From positions 26,059-90,058 of the IMG/VR virus record IMGVR_UViG_3300028854_000012: 64,000 nt of DNA; one strand, 5' to 3'. Under the pieces are notes generated by a model. The model had not been told where the DNA came from. It saw only the letters and a program-made list of their open reading frames with translations, and searched no databases. Shown here in pieces: positions 56,877 to 64,000 of the stretch (its first letter is position 1; the number at the start of each line of letters is the position of its first letter). The DNA comes from a virus. Both the position numbers and the translations under genes were made by a program.

Positions 56877-57481
56877 CTGTTTGTTTTAATGGCTATAATC
56901 TTTGGAACATACTTCAATGATGACAATAGCAATAGACCAGTTCCAAGTAACATTAAACTGTTTGGCTCAGGTGTTTGATTCAAACCAACAAAAATCTGCG
57001 GAGGCCCAAGTAGCGAAGGATCAGAAATAACATCACCATCTGGAACATAAATAACAAATTTATTCCAAAAATCTGGTGATTCTGTATTTACTCCAGCAAT
57101 AGCCTTGGCTAATTGAATATCACTTGCTGGTGTTGTTGGGACATTGTTTGAAAATAGACTCCATGCCGCCAAATTATCATTTACGTCATTTGTTGAATTC
57201 AGACCTGCATCATTATAAAGCCATGCCGATTCCTTTTCTGAATTTGTAGTGATAGCTACATCATAAACACGCCAGCTTTCACCAGTTGTAATTTCATTAT
57301 CGTAACTAAGACACATTAATGTTTCTTGTGTTGCTGAACCATTAACTGAAAAATAATATGGATATGTATAAACTCCATTTACTGAATTTGATCCTGTTCC
57401 TGTAAAAGTTAACGTGTCTGCTGTGGCAGTGCCAACAAACAAACTAAAAAGCATTGTAAAAAATAAAGCATACTTTGTCAT
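56873..57481 (-). CDS. PEP-CTERM sorting-domain protein
   Basis: Signal peptide ending ATA-DT; C-terminal TPEPNSLMLLGTGLLLL plus basic residues. Confidence 0.85.
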   Translation of the reverse strand: MTKYALFFTMLFSLFVGTATADTLTFTGTGSNSVNGVYTYPYYFSVNGSATQETLMCLSYDNEITTGESWRVYDVAITTNSEKESAWLYNDAGLNSTNDVNDNLAAWSLFSNNVPTTPASDIQLAKAIAGVNTESPDFWNKFVIYVPDGDVISDPSLLGPPQIFVGLNQTPEPNSLMLLGTGLLLLSSLKYVPKIIAIKTNR

Positions 57482-57535
57482 AAATTTCCTTTCTATAGTT
57501 GAAGGTTATTGTTGAGGGGATTTAATTTTGTAATG

Positions 57536-57629
57536 TGGCGGGGAGCACAGGATTCGAACCTGCGGAACCTGTTTTTGCAGGTTCGAGACTTTAGCAAAGT
57601 CTTGGCATAAGCCACTCGCCCAACTCCCC
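57536..57629 (-). tRNA. tRNA-Ser (GCT)
   Basis: Loop TTGCTAA, long variable arm, GCCA. Confidence 0.92.
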
Positions 57630-57674
57630 ATTAATATTATTTATCATTTTCATATTTTCCTTTCAAAATATTTT

Positions 57675-57752
57675 TGGTGAGCAGAGTGGGCGTCGAACCC
57701 ACAAACATCAGATTCTTAGTCTAATAGGTATTCCAATTCCCTTCATCTGCTC
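57675..57752 (-). tRNA. tRNA-Leu (AAG), short variable loop
   Basis: Loop CTAAGAA, GTTCGAC, ACCA. Confidence 0.8.
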
Positions 57753-57763
57753 AAAAATATGTT

Positions 57764-57846
57764 TGGTGCCCATAGAGGGACTCGAACCCCCACACCTTTC
57801 AGCAATGCGGTCTAAGCGCATCGTGTCTGCATTCCACCATACGGGC
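57764..57846 (-). tRNA. tRNA-Leu (TAG)
   Basis: Loop CTTAGAC, variable arm, ACCA. Confidence 0.92.
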
Positions 57847-57867
57847 ACATTTAAAAAACCATTATAA

Positions 57868-57962
57868 AAGATAGGTAGGTCTCGAAGCCTACAATCCTCG
57901 TCAGGCACCGGCTTCGCCCCGTCAGGCTAGTCCAGTCGCTATACCAATTCGCAAACTATCTT
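57868..57962 (-). ncRNA. tRNA-like element with enlarged anticodon loop
   Basis: AAGATAG/CTATCTT acceptor, Leu/Ser-like D-loop, T-arm GTAGG-CTTCGAGA-CCTAC, about 20-nt anticodon loop, no CCA. Confidence 0.55.
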
Positions 57963-57971
57963 TTATAAACT

Positions 57972-58049
57972 TGGTGGGCGCAGTGGGCCTCGAACCCACA
58001 AACAAAAGTTTTTGAAACTTTTAGGTATGCCAATTCCCATCACACGCCC
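57972..58049 (-). tRNA. tRNA-Leu (CAA), short variable loop
   Basis: Loop TTCAAAA, ACCA; same scaffold as Leu(AAG). Confidence 0.85.
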
Positions 58050-58060
58050 ATAAAACTATA

Positions 58061-58183
58061 TGAAGTAGACCGAGTTAAAACTATCGGCTTGGATTACCAA
58101 TATCTTTCAATTGGATTCCATTTTGAGAGGCACACTGATAACTTAATATCAGGGACCATGTGTTCATCCACATCGCTACTTCA
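58061..58183 (-). ncRNA. putative structured ncRNA
   Basis: TGAAGTAG/CTACTTCA closing stem, TGTG-GATGAA-CACA hairpin, further stems. Confidence 0.5.
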
Positions 58184-58193
58184 ATTTTTAATA

Positions 58194-58333
58194 ATGGGTG
58201 GCTCTTTGTGTAGCTACGACTAGTGATGTCTCCGCTGTCATTTTTTATAATGACTCTTCCTCATTGTATTGTCTGTCTCAGTAACGACCTGTTTTATCGG
58301 CAAACAAACTAGAGAACCCTGCCCCAACCCCAT
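58194..58333 (-). ncRNA. putative structured ncRNA
   Basis: ATGGG/CCCAT ends, CTAGT/ACTAG and GTCATT/AATGAC stems, no ORF. Confidence 0.4.
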
Positions 58334-58353
58334 CATTAAAACTATTTATTCTA

Positions 58354-58539
58354 CTACAACCGAATTCGGTTGTAGTAGAAATCTACTACAACCGAAACAT
58401 CAACATTGTTATAACCAGCATCAAATTTAATTATAGCATCTTCTCCATAACTATCCAAAAGTTCAGCTAAAATATCTTGTAGTTCTCCAATAGTTCCACT
58501 AAAATCTGTGAGTTCTGGAATATTGTATTCGTACTTCAT
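58354..58539 (-). CDS. hypothetical protein
   Basis: AAGGA RBS, 61 aa. Confidence 0.55.
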   Translation of the reverse strand: MKYEYNIPELTDFSGTIGELQDILAELLDSYGEDAIIKFDAGYNNVDVSVVVDFYYNRIRL

Positions 58540-58541
58540 TT

Positions 58542-58883
58542 TTATTTCCTTTCGTGTTTACTTGTAAAAGTTACATTTGATTTTTCTTCCATCAAATCTT
58601 CAATATCTCGCATGATATTATTTATTCTTTGTCTAGAACCTATAATATCACACCACGGAACTTCAAAAATAACAAAATATGAATGATTTATAGTCCCATC
58701 TGGAAATTTAAATCTTTCTCTAAATTTCAGTTCTTTTACTAATCCAAAATTCTTAGCAATCAAGTCTGCCATTTTATTTGAATCAAATGTTCCAGAATCA
58801 TTCATTTTAAAACTTAATGTTCTTGTTAACAGGGAAGGTTCACATATTTCAATAACCGTTCCCTTTTCAGCAATGTATTTCAT
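58542..58883 (-). CDS. hypothetical protein
   Basis: 113-aa ORF. Confidence 0.55.
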   Translation of the reverse strand: MKYIAEKGTVIEICEPSLLTRTLSFKMNDSGTFDSNKMADLIAKNFGLVKELKFRERFKFPDGTINHSYFVIFEVPWCDIIGSRQRINNIMRDIEDLMEEKSNVTFTSKHERK

Positions 58884-58997
58884 TTTATTAAAATCTCGCT
58901 TCTCTTGGATATATCTACTTTCGTTGAAACCAAATGGTGGTTGCCTAAGTGGTGGATCGGTATCACGATTACTCGCTGCGTTTATACCGAAAATTAA

Positions 58998-59086
58998 TGG
59001 ACGCCATGATGAGATTCGAACTCATGATTAGCTTGCGCTTACGATTTTGCAGATCGTTGGGTTAGGCCATCTCCCCGCACATGGCG
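58998..59086 (-). tRNA. tRNA-Cys (GCA) with long variable arm
   Basis: Loop CTGCAAA, U73-CCA, AGC-GCAA-GCT variable hairpin. Confidence 0.85.
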
Positions 59087-59095
59087 TTTTATAAA

Positions 59096-59377
59096 TTAAA
59101 ACCTACGTCTAAACTTTCTCTCTGGTGTTCCTTCGCTGAACACAATAAAAAGGTTAGCCAACATAAAACCGATAATCAAACAAATGATTGGGATTTCTAT
59201 TCCACCCAATAGAGCAATTGCAATATAAACTAGAACTCCAAACAACTTATGATATTCTCCGTTTGGAATCACTGATACAATATATGGTGCCAGCTTACCA
59301 AACAAAAGCCAAACAGAAACAAAAGCTGGCCCAATTCCAATCAAGGATGCAATTAAAATTCTAATAAAAGTCTTCAT
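59096..59377 (-). CDS. membrane protein
   Basis: Start MKTFIRIL after AAGGTG; two or three hydrophobic helices. Confidence 0.65.
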   Translation of the reverse strand: MKTFIRILIASLIGIGPAFVSVWLLFGKLAPYIVSVIPNGEYHKLFGVLVYIAIALLGGIEIPIICLIIGFMLANLFIVFSEGTPERKFRRRF

Positions 59378-59381
59378 CAAT

Positions 59382-59531
59382 TCACCTTTCAAGAGAAATG
59401 TTTTGTGGTTGTGGTAATGTATCTTCGCGTTCACGCATATTTTTCAAGAACATATCTATAATTTCATATTGATGTTCATCAAGCCATTTAACTTCATCGG
59501 CTTCGTTTTCAAATTTTGGAATTTTCAACAT
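59382..59531 (-). CDS. 49-aa protein resembling the N-terminus of CopG/BrnA-type antitoxins
   Basis: MLKIPKFENEADEVKWLDEH; AAGGA RBS, directly after a sigma70 promoter. Confidence 0.55.
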   Translation of the reverse strand: MLKIPKFENEADEVKWLDEHQYEIIDMFLKNMREREDTLPQPQNISLER

Positions 59532-59557
59532 ATTCATTCCTTTCTTGATCTATATAT

Positions 59558-59586
59558 AGTATATCAAACTTTGATACAGTTGTCAA
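59558..59586 (-). promoter_or_regulatory. sigma70-type early promoter
   Basis: TTGACA-17-TATACT on minus strand. Confidence 0.85.
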
Positions 59587-60436
59587 CTACAAAATTTACT
59601 ATTTCCTGTTTTAATATTTCTATATCTCCATATATAATATTAACTTTTTTGGATATGGCCAACATTTTTTCTTCACTGTTTCCTAATGTCATAGCATATG
59701 GATTTTTAGGGTCCAAATATAAATCATATTTTGGAAGATAAAAATCTGGAAAATATCTTCTAGTTATTCCCTGTAAATCTATCCATTTAATAAATTTTGG
59801 TCGAATCCATTCAATATTGTTATTTGTTAAAAATTCAGCTAAATCTAATTCCCAACCTGATTCCAATAATATTTTTTTATTTTGGTAAGGATTAAAAAAC
59901 CAAAATAGTTTTTTCCTAAAATTTGGATATGTTCGACATCCAACACTTGCTTCAATTATACAGTCTTTTGAACCACAAGTTTTTTGATTTCTTTTGCGAT
60001 ATGGAACTATTAATTCTTTATTACAAATTTTACAAATAATAATTATTTCTGGATGTGCTTTTCTACCACCCATTCCACGAGATATTTGTATTTCTCCTTT
60101 TGCATATTTCTCTTTCATTAACATAGACAAATTTTGTTTATATTGTGCAAATTTTTCAGTTTTATAATATCCATTTTCTTTTCTTTGAATATTATGATAT
60201 ATTCCACTACATGAACTACTACAAAAATTTCCAAGAGTAGAGATACTACTTTTATTTTTATAAAAATTTAAACCACAATTAGTGCATAATATATTTTTAC
60301 CAGTTTTTCTTGATGCAAGATTACACTCTTTACTACATAAAAATTTACTTCCTAATTTTTTACTTTCATTTATTCTTTTTATGGACTTTTCAAATAAATT
60401 ACTACAATAATCACATTTAACAGTTTTAGTTCGCAT
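59564..60436 (-). CDS. zinc-finger plus PD-(D/E)XK homing endonuclease
   Basis: C..C/CS..C repeats; ESGWE..RRYFPDFYLP..YLDPK. Confidence 0.75.
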   Translation of the reverse strand: MRTKTVKCDYCSNLFEKSIKRINESKKLGSKFLCSKECNLASRKTGKNILCTNCGLNFYKNKSSISTLGNFCSSSCSGIYHNIQRKENGYYKTEKFAQYKQNLSMLMKEKYAKGEIQISRGMGGRKAHPEIIIICKICNKELIVPYRKRNQKTCGSKDCIIEASVGCRTYPNFRKKLFWFFNPYQNKKILLESGWELDLAEFLTNNNIEWIRPKFIKWIDLQGITRRYFPDFYLPKYDLYLDPKNPYAMTLGNSEEKMLAISKKVNIIYGDIEILKQEIVNFVVDNCIKV

Positions 60437-60492
60437 ATCATTACCTCTAATATCTATTTAGTCGAGATGATGAATTTTGAACTATTAATTTT

Positions 60493-60578
60493 TGGTCGGG
60501 GTGGCTGAACTCGAATCAGCATACACCTTTCGGATTCTGGTTCCCAAAACCAGCGGCCTTCCATTGACCCACACCCCG
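60493..60578 (-). tRNA. tRNA-Pro (TGG) with long variable region
   Basis: C1-G72, A73-CCA, loop TTTGGGA, CC-GAAA-GG variable hairpin. Confidence 0.85.
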
Positions 60579-60775
60579 ATATATAAACTTAACCTTTAAT
60601 TACCAACTTTCTTTTTCAACACAACAATTTCATGTGCTTCATTTAAAAGTTTGATAGTTCTCTCGCAATATTCCTTACGCTCCTTGGGGAGACTGGTAGA
60701 TACAGTTTTGAAATATTGCATATCTTCGTAATCATGTGTAATATTCATATTAATCTCTCCTATTATTAAAATTTT

Positions 60776-60852
60776 TGGTGGGGAGTGAGGCGCTCGAATC
60801 CTCGTCTAGACCTTTTCGGAGTCCCGCTAAAAGCCATCTCAGCTAACTCCCC
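60776..60852 (-). tRNA. tRNA-Phe (GAA), C33
   Basis: Stem GGACT/GGTCT, loop CCGAAAA, ACCA. Confidence 0.75.
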
Positions 60853-60956
60853 ATTGTTATTATTAAAACTTATTACCGTTTTCCAAATACTTCATCTTTC
60901 AATGGCATGACTGTGTGAGAGGCCAGAAGCGATAGGTGCATACGAAGTTAAAACTT

Positions 60957-61043
60957 TGGTCAGGATGAGAGGATTTGAACCTCTGATGTCGTAATGACGC
61001 TCGTTTCCAGAACGAGGGGCAAACCAGACCTGCCGCCACCCTG
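60957..61043 (-). tRNA. tRNA-Pro (TGG), C33, long variable arm
   Basis: C1-G72, A73-CCA, loop TCTGGAA, GTTCAAATC. Confidence 0.75.
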
Positions 61044-61054
61044 ACTATTAAATT

Positions 61055-61129
61055 TGGTATTCCCGGTAAGAATCGAACTTACATCAGAACCTTCGCAGGG
61101 TTGTATTCTATCCGTTGAACTACGGGAAT
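61055..61129 (-). tRNA. tRNA-Arg (GCG)
   Basis: Loop CTGCGAA, Arg-type D-loop with A20, ACCA. Confidence 0.85.
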
Positions 61130-61328
61130 ATAATTAATCTCTTATAACTATTTTCTTACTTGTTTTTTTAAACCATGTCTTGATCCGCAAACTCTACATT
61201 TTGAACCTTCTCTAACCATTATACTATCACAACCAAAACAAATTCCAGCACCTTTTGGTTCTTGAACCATTTCTCTATTTGTTCTTTTATAACCATCATC
61301 TGTTTCTCTTTGCATAATTCTTTACCTC

Positions 61329-61429
61329 GTATCGTGAGCAGTAGGCGAAGCTGCATTATTTAACCCGGTTAAATGTCCTCGAATACTCAAGACGTTCGAG
61401 TAATTCTGCGCCTTAGACGATCACGATAC
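61329..61429 (-). ncRNA. tRNA-like multi-arm RNA
   Basis: GTATCGTGA/TCACGATAC closing stem plus four hairpins, no canonical anticodon loop or CCA. Confidence 0.5.
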
Positions 61430-61438
61430 AACAACGCT

Positions 61439-61526
61439 TGGTGCAAGGGGTGAGGCTCAAACTCACCATGCCTCGAAAGGCGACGATTTTACAGACCGTT
61501 GGCCGTTCACCCGGACCATCCCTTGC
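61439..61526 (-). tRNA. tRNA-Tyr (GTA)
   Basis: Loop CTGTAAA, long variable arm, ACCA. Confidence 0.85.
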
Positions 61527-62370
61527 ATAAATCAAATTTATACTTCTTATTCCAATTTTCTATTCTCATTATTAACTCTTCAATCGTTATTGTGCATTTA
61601 ATATTTTTTGATGCATTTTGTGATTGAAATATTAATTTACAATTTGCAGGATGACTAATTATTTCAGAAGGTATTTTATTTTTAAATCCAAATGAAATAC
61701 TTACCATATGATCCCTTGAAATACCCTTCATATTATTGCCATGGTTTTTAGCTGAATACATACCATGTTCTTTTAAAAATTCAAAATCAAATTCGTTAGG
61801 AAAATTTCTTAATAAAAAATTAAATTTGCATTCTTTCCTATATCTTTTTATTTCTGGTAATGTGCTTAAATATTGATCATGTTTTCTATTAAAATAAATT
61901 TTCCGACATTGTTCACTACATAATTTTTTTGTGCTGTAATTTGAAAATTGTAAATCACAAATAACGCATTTATTATCACCACATTTTCTTTGTTTTCTTC
62001 CTTTTGCATCAGCTTTTGCAATCATTAATATGGATAAATTTTTACGACATTCATCTGACATTTGATGTGAATTGGCACAACTTCTGCCACAAAATCTAAC
62101 TCTTTCAAATTCTACTGATGTTTTTCTTCCCCTCCAAATAAAATTTTTATTACACCGTTCGCATATTTTTTTATGATCTTCTATTGGTCCTACTCTATTT
62201 TCATATGCTAATTTACTTCGTTCTTTAAATTCAATATTACTATATTTTCCGTTATTTCCACTGCTATATTTTGAATTTAAGCCCAAGTGCATTCTTTCTT
62301 TATGACAATGAATTCCTTTAATACTAAATTCTTTATTACAAAATTCACATATTACTTTTTCCATAATCAC
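61507..62370 (-). CDS. HNH homing endonuclease
   Basis: Zinc fingers; SRDH..S..HPANC...N.SK; last codons overlap tRNA-Tyr 5' end. Confidence 0.75.
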   Translation of the reverse strand: MIMEKVICEFCNKEFSIKGIHCHKERMHLGLNSKYSSGNNGKYSNIEFKERSKLAYENRVGPIEDHKKICERCNKNFIWRGRKTSVEFERVRFCGRSCANSHQMSDECRKNLSILMIAKADAKGRKQRKCGDNKCVICDLQFSNYSTKKLCSEQCRKIYFNRKHDQYLSTLPEIKRYRKECKFNFLLRNFPNEFDFEFLKEHGMYSAKNHGNNMKGISRDHMVSISFGFKNKIPSEIISHPANCKLIFQSQNASKNIKCTITIEELIMRIENWNKKYKFDLCKGWSG

Positions 62371-62430
62371 CCCGCATCTTTATTTATGCTTGGTGGACAT
62401 AATTTCATTTGAACTATATAAATATTTCTG

Positions 62431-62502
62431 TGGATGATTCGGGAACCGCCCCCGACCCCATAGTTTGCAGGACTATTGTGCTCCTATCAACACCTATCAC
62501 CC
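62431..62502 (-). tRNA. tRNA-Ala (TGC), C33, atypical T-loop
   Basis: G3:U70 pair, A73, loop CCTGCAA, T-loop GGCGGTT, no encoded CCA. Confidence 0.7.
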
Positions 62503-62538
62503 ATGTTAAAAATTACTAAACTTATCCCCCAAAACTTT

Positions 62539-62575
62539 AAAGCCTCTAACCATTTTCATTTTGGTTAGAGGCTTT
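62539..62575. terminator. 14-bp hairpin at head of tRNA cluster
   Basis: AAAGCCTCTAACCA...TGGTTAGAGGCTTT. Confidence 0.65.
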
Positions 62576-62786
62576 GGAATATTAATTTCCATTTACCTTA
62601 ACCATTAGCACCAAATACTGGACGGGCGCAATAACTTGCGGGGGCCAGTGCGAGTTGTAACGGGTTTGTAAAATGGATCATTTTCCTTCTCCAACCTTTT
62701 AATAATTATGCGGTATAAAAATCGATAATGACAACTACCATTGTAAACATTGTCATTATCGTAGCCTATATTCTTGCTACTCTTTT

Positions 62787-62815
62787 ATACTACATCTTTA
62801 TTTATCATTTGTCAA
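62787..62815 (-). promoter_or_regulatory. sigma70-type promoter with embedded ATAAATA, heading the tRNA cluster
   Basis: TTGACA-17-TAGTAT on minus strand. Confidence 0.7.
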
Positions 62816-62840
62816 CAACTATTTTTGGTATAAACCAAAA

Positions 62841-63230
62841 TTATTTTAACGGGGTGGTGTGGTTTTGCCCGCGCTTATAAAGATTCACATCAAATAATTT
62901 CAATTCTTTTGGATCGGAAGGTTCGTGAATACCAGTGAAACTATTCGGACCAAAAAATTCTGTATAAACAATTGCGCTTTGAACTCCACGTTCAATATCT
63001 TTAATACGCTTCACAATCTCTGGACCCATAATATCTTGAAAAATGGGAATGGCTTCACCAAAAATTGGATCAGATTTATCAAATAAACGAGTTCGTGTGC
63101 CATATTTATACCAACCACTCTTAGATGACCATTCCCACCGTAAATTACTTCCATCATATTTTGTGAAAGCAATACATGGTTCTCCAATCGGTGCCTTGTT
63201 ACTTCCCGGTATTTCTGGATATTGTTTCAC
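62841..63230 (-). CDS. RNA ligase-like nucleotidyltransferase, apparently truncated
   Basis: KYDGSN motif I, EFFG motif III, LFDV motif IIIa; later motifs missing. Confidence 0.6.
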   Translation of the reverse strand: MKQYPEIPGSNKAPIGEPCIAFTKYDGSNLRWEWSSKSGWYKYGTRTRLFDKSDPIFGEAIPIFQDIMGPEIVKRIKDIERGVQSAIVYTEFFGPNSFTGIHEPSDPKELKLFDVNLYKRGQNHTTPLK

Positions 63231-63392
63231 TTACTAACTCCTTTGATTCTGCATGACATCCAACATTGTATGTTGAATATAGTTTACACCAATAACAACC
63301 ACCACCACTTAAATATTCAGCATTTTTTTACAATCATGCTTTGGGCAGCAACACTTCGGATATTTATCGTGTTTCATTATTTTCCTTAATTG

Positions 63393-63608
63393 TTAAAATT
63401 GTAATCTTGCTAAAAATTCATTTTCAGTATCCAACACAGATATATCATCATTCATAATATTTCTTGAATAAGATACATAATCTTTAATTAAATCAATTCT
63501 TTCAATTTCAACATTCTGTCCTGTACAAGCAACAATTTTACCTAATGCTTTGCCCGCACATCCAGTTCTAAAACTTTCAAAAATTACGTATTTTCCAATA
63601 TAGTCCAT
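63393..63608 (-). CDS. hypothetical protein
   Basis: 71-aa ORF. Confidence 0.5.
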   Translation of the reverse strand: MDYIGKYVIFESFRTGCAGKALGKIVACTGQNVEIERIDLIKDYVSYSRNIMNDDISVLDTENEFLARLQF

Positions 63609-63651
63609 TATTTTTAGCTCTCATATATTAAAGTTTGTTTTTATATTATTT

Positions 63652-63873
63652 TTAATGTTCAAGTATATAAAGCATTGCTTGTTCTTCGGTAATAGCTTCT
63701 AAGTCTTTTACAAAAAGTAAAACTGTTTTATCAAAAATAGGAAATTTGACATGACACATTTTTTCATATTCATCATCATATGATGAAACTGTGCCAACTT
63801 TCCCGACAACATATTTAGATATAATTGTTTGCCCAATTGGAACTGGCTTTCCGTTTTTATCAACATATTTCAT
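63652..63873 (-). CDS. small hypothetical protein (TEEQA family)
   Basis: DKNGKPV.IG start; ITEEQAMLYILE end also in the upstream partial ORF (LTEEQALLWMLE). Confidence 0.6.
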   Translation of the reverse strand: MKYVDKNGKPVPIGQTIISKYVVGKVGTVSSYDDEYEKMCHVKFPIFDKTVLLFVKDLEAITEEQAMLYILEH

Positions 63874-64000
63874 TTATTGCTCCAACATCCATAGTAATGC
63901 TTGTTCTTCTGTTAATATTCGTAAACTCTGTGGCCAATATTTACCGGCATATGATTTGTTAAAATATTTTACATTATAAAATATTGAACCTGCGTCATCT

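Noticed and set aside
1-64000. Stop-codon reassignment
   Set aside because: Core genes are full length in code 11 with TAA, TAG and TGA all used as stops; no clear suppressor tRNA

Overview
AT-rich segment of a large T4-like (jumbo-type) myovirus genome read in the standard genetic code. It holds (i) a late-promoter block (about 4.6-16.4 kb) of proteins with short M-K/R-I/L-x-E N-termini, several built as strings of domains separated by hydrophobic-x-E motifs like the one at the predicted maturation site of this phage's major capsid protein (candidate head-packaged, protease-processed polyproteins: GNAT arrays, HIGH-type nucleotidyltransferase, ART-like, SprT, ParB-like, HAD); (ii) an ncRNA-rich island (17.6-19.1 kb) with an apparent mimic of the 23S rRNA L11-binding domain, a promoter-bearing non-autonomous IS200/IS605 derivative retaining an omegaRNA scaffold, and tRNA-like RNAs; (iii) replication genes (family B polymerase, clamp, RNase H-like), an Acb1/gp57B-like 2H phosphoesterase and a MoxR-VWA pair; (iv) baseplate hub, tape-measure-like, portal, protease, scaffold and capsid genes, a frameshifted tnpB element and about ten free-standing endonuclease genes across the window; (v) a minus-strand cluster of about 15 tRNAs, many non-canonical, with IscA and a PEP-CTERM protein. 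Four single-base deletions in homopolymers suggest assembly errors. All calls come from motif recognition by eye; no database searches or folding programs were run.
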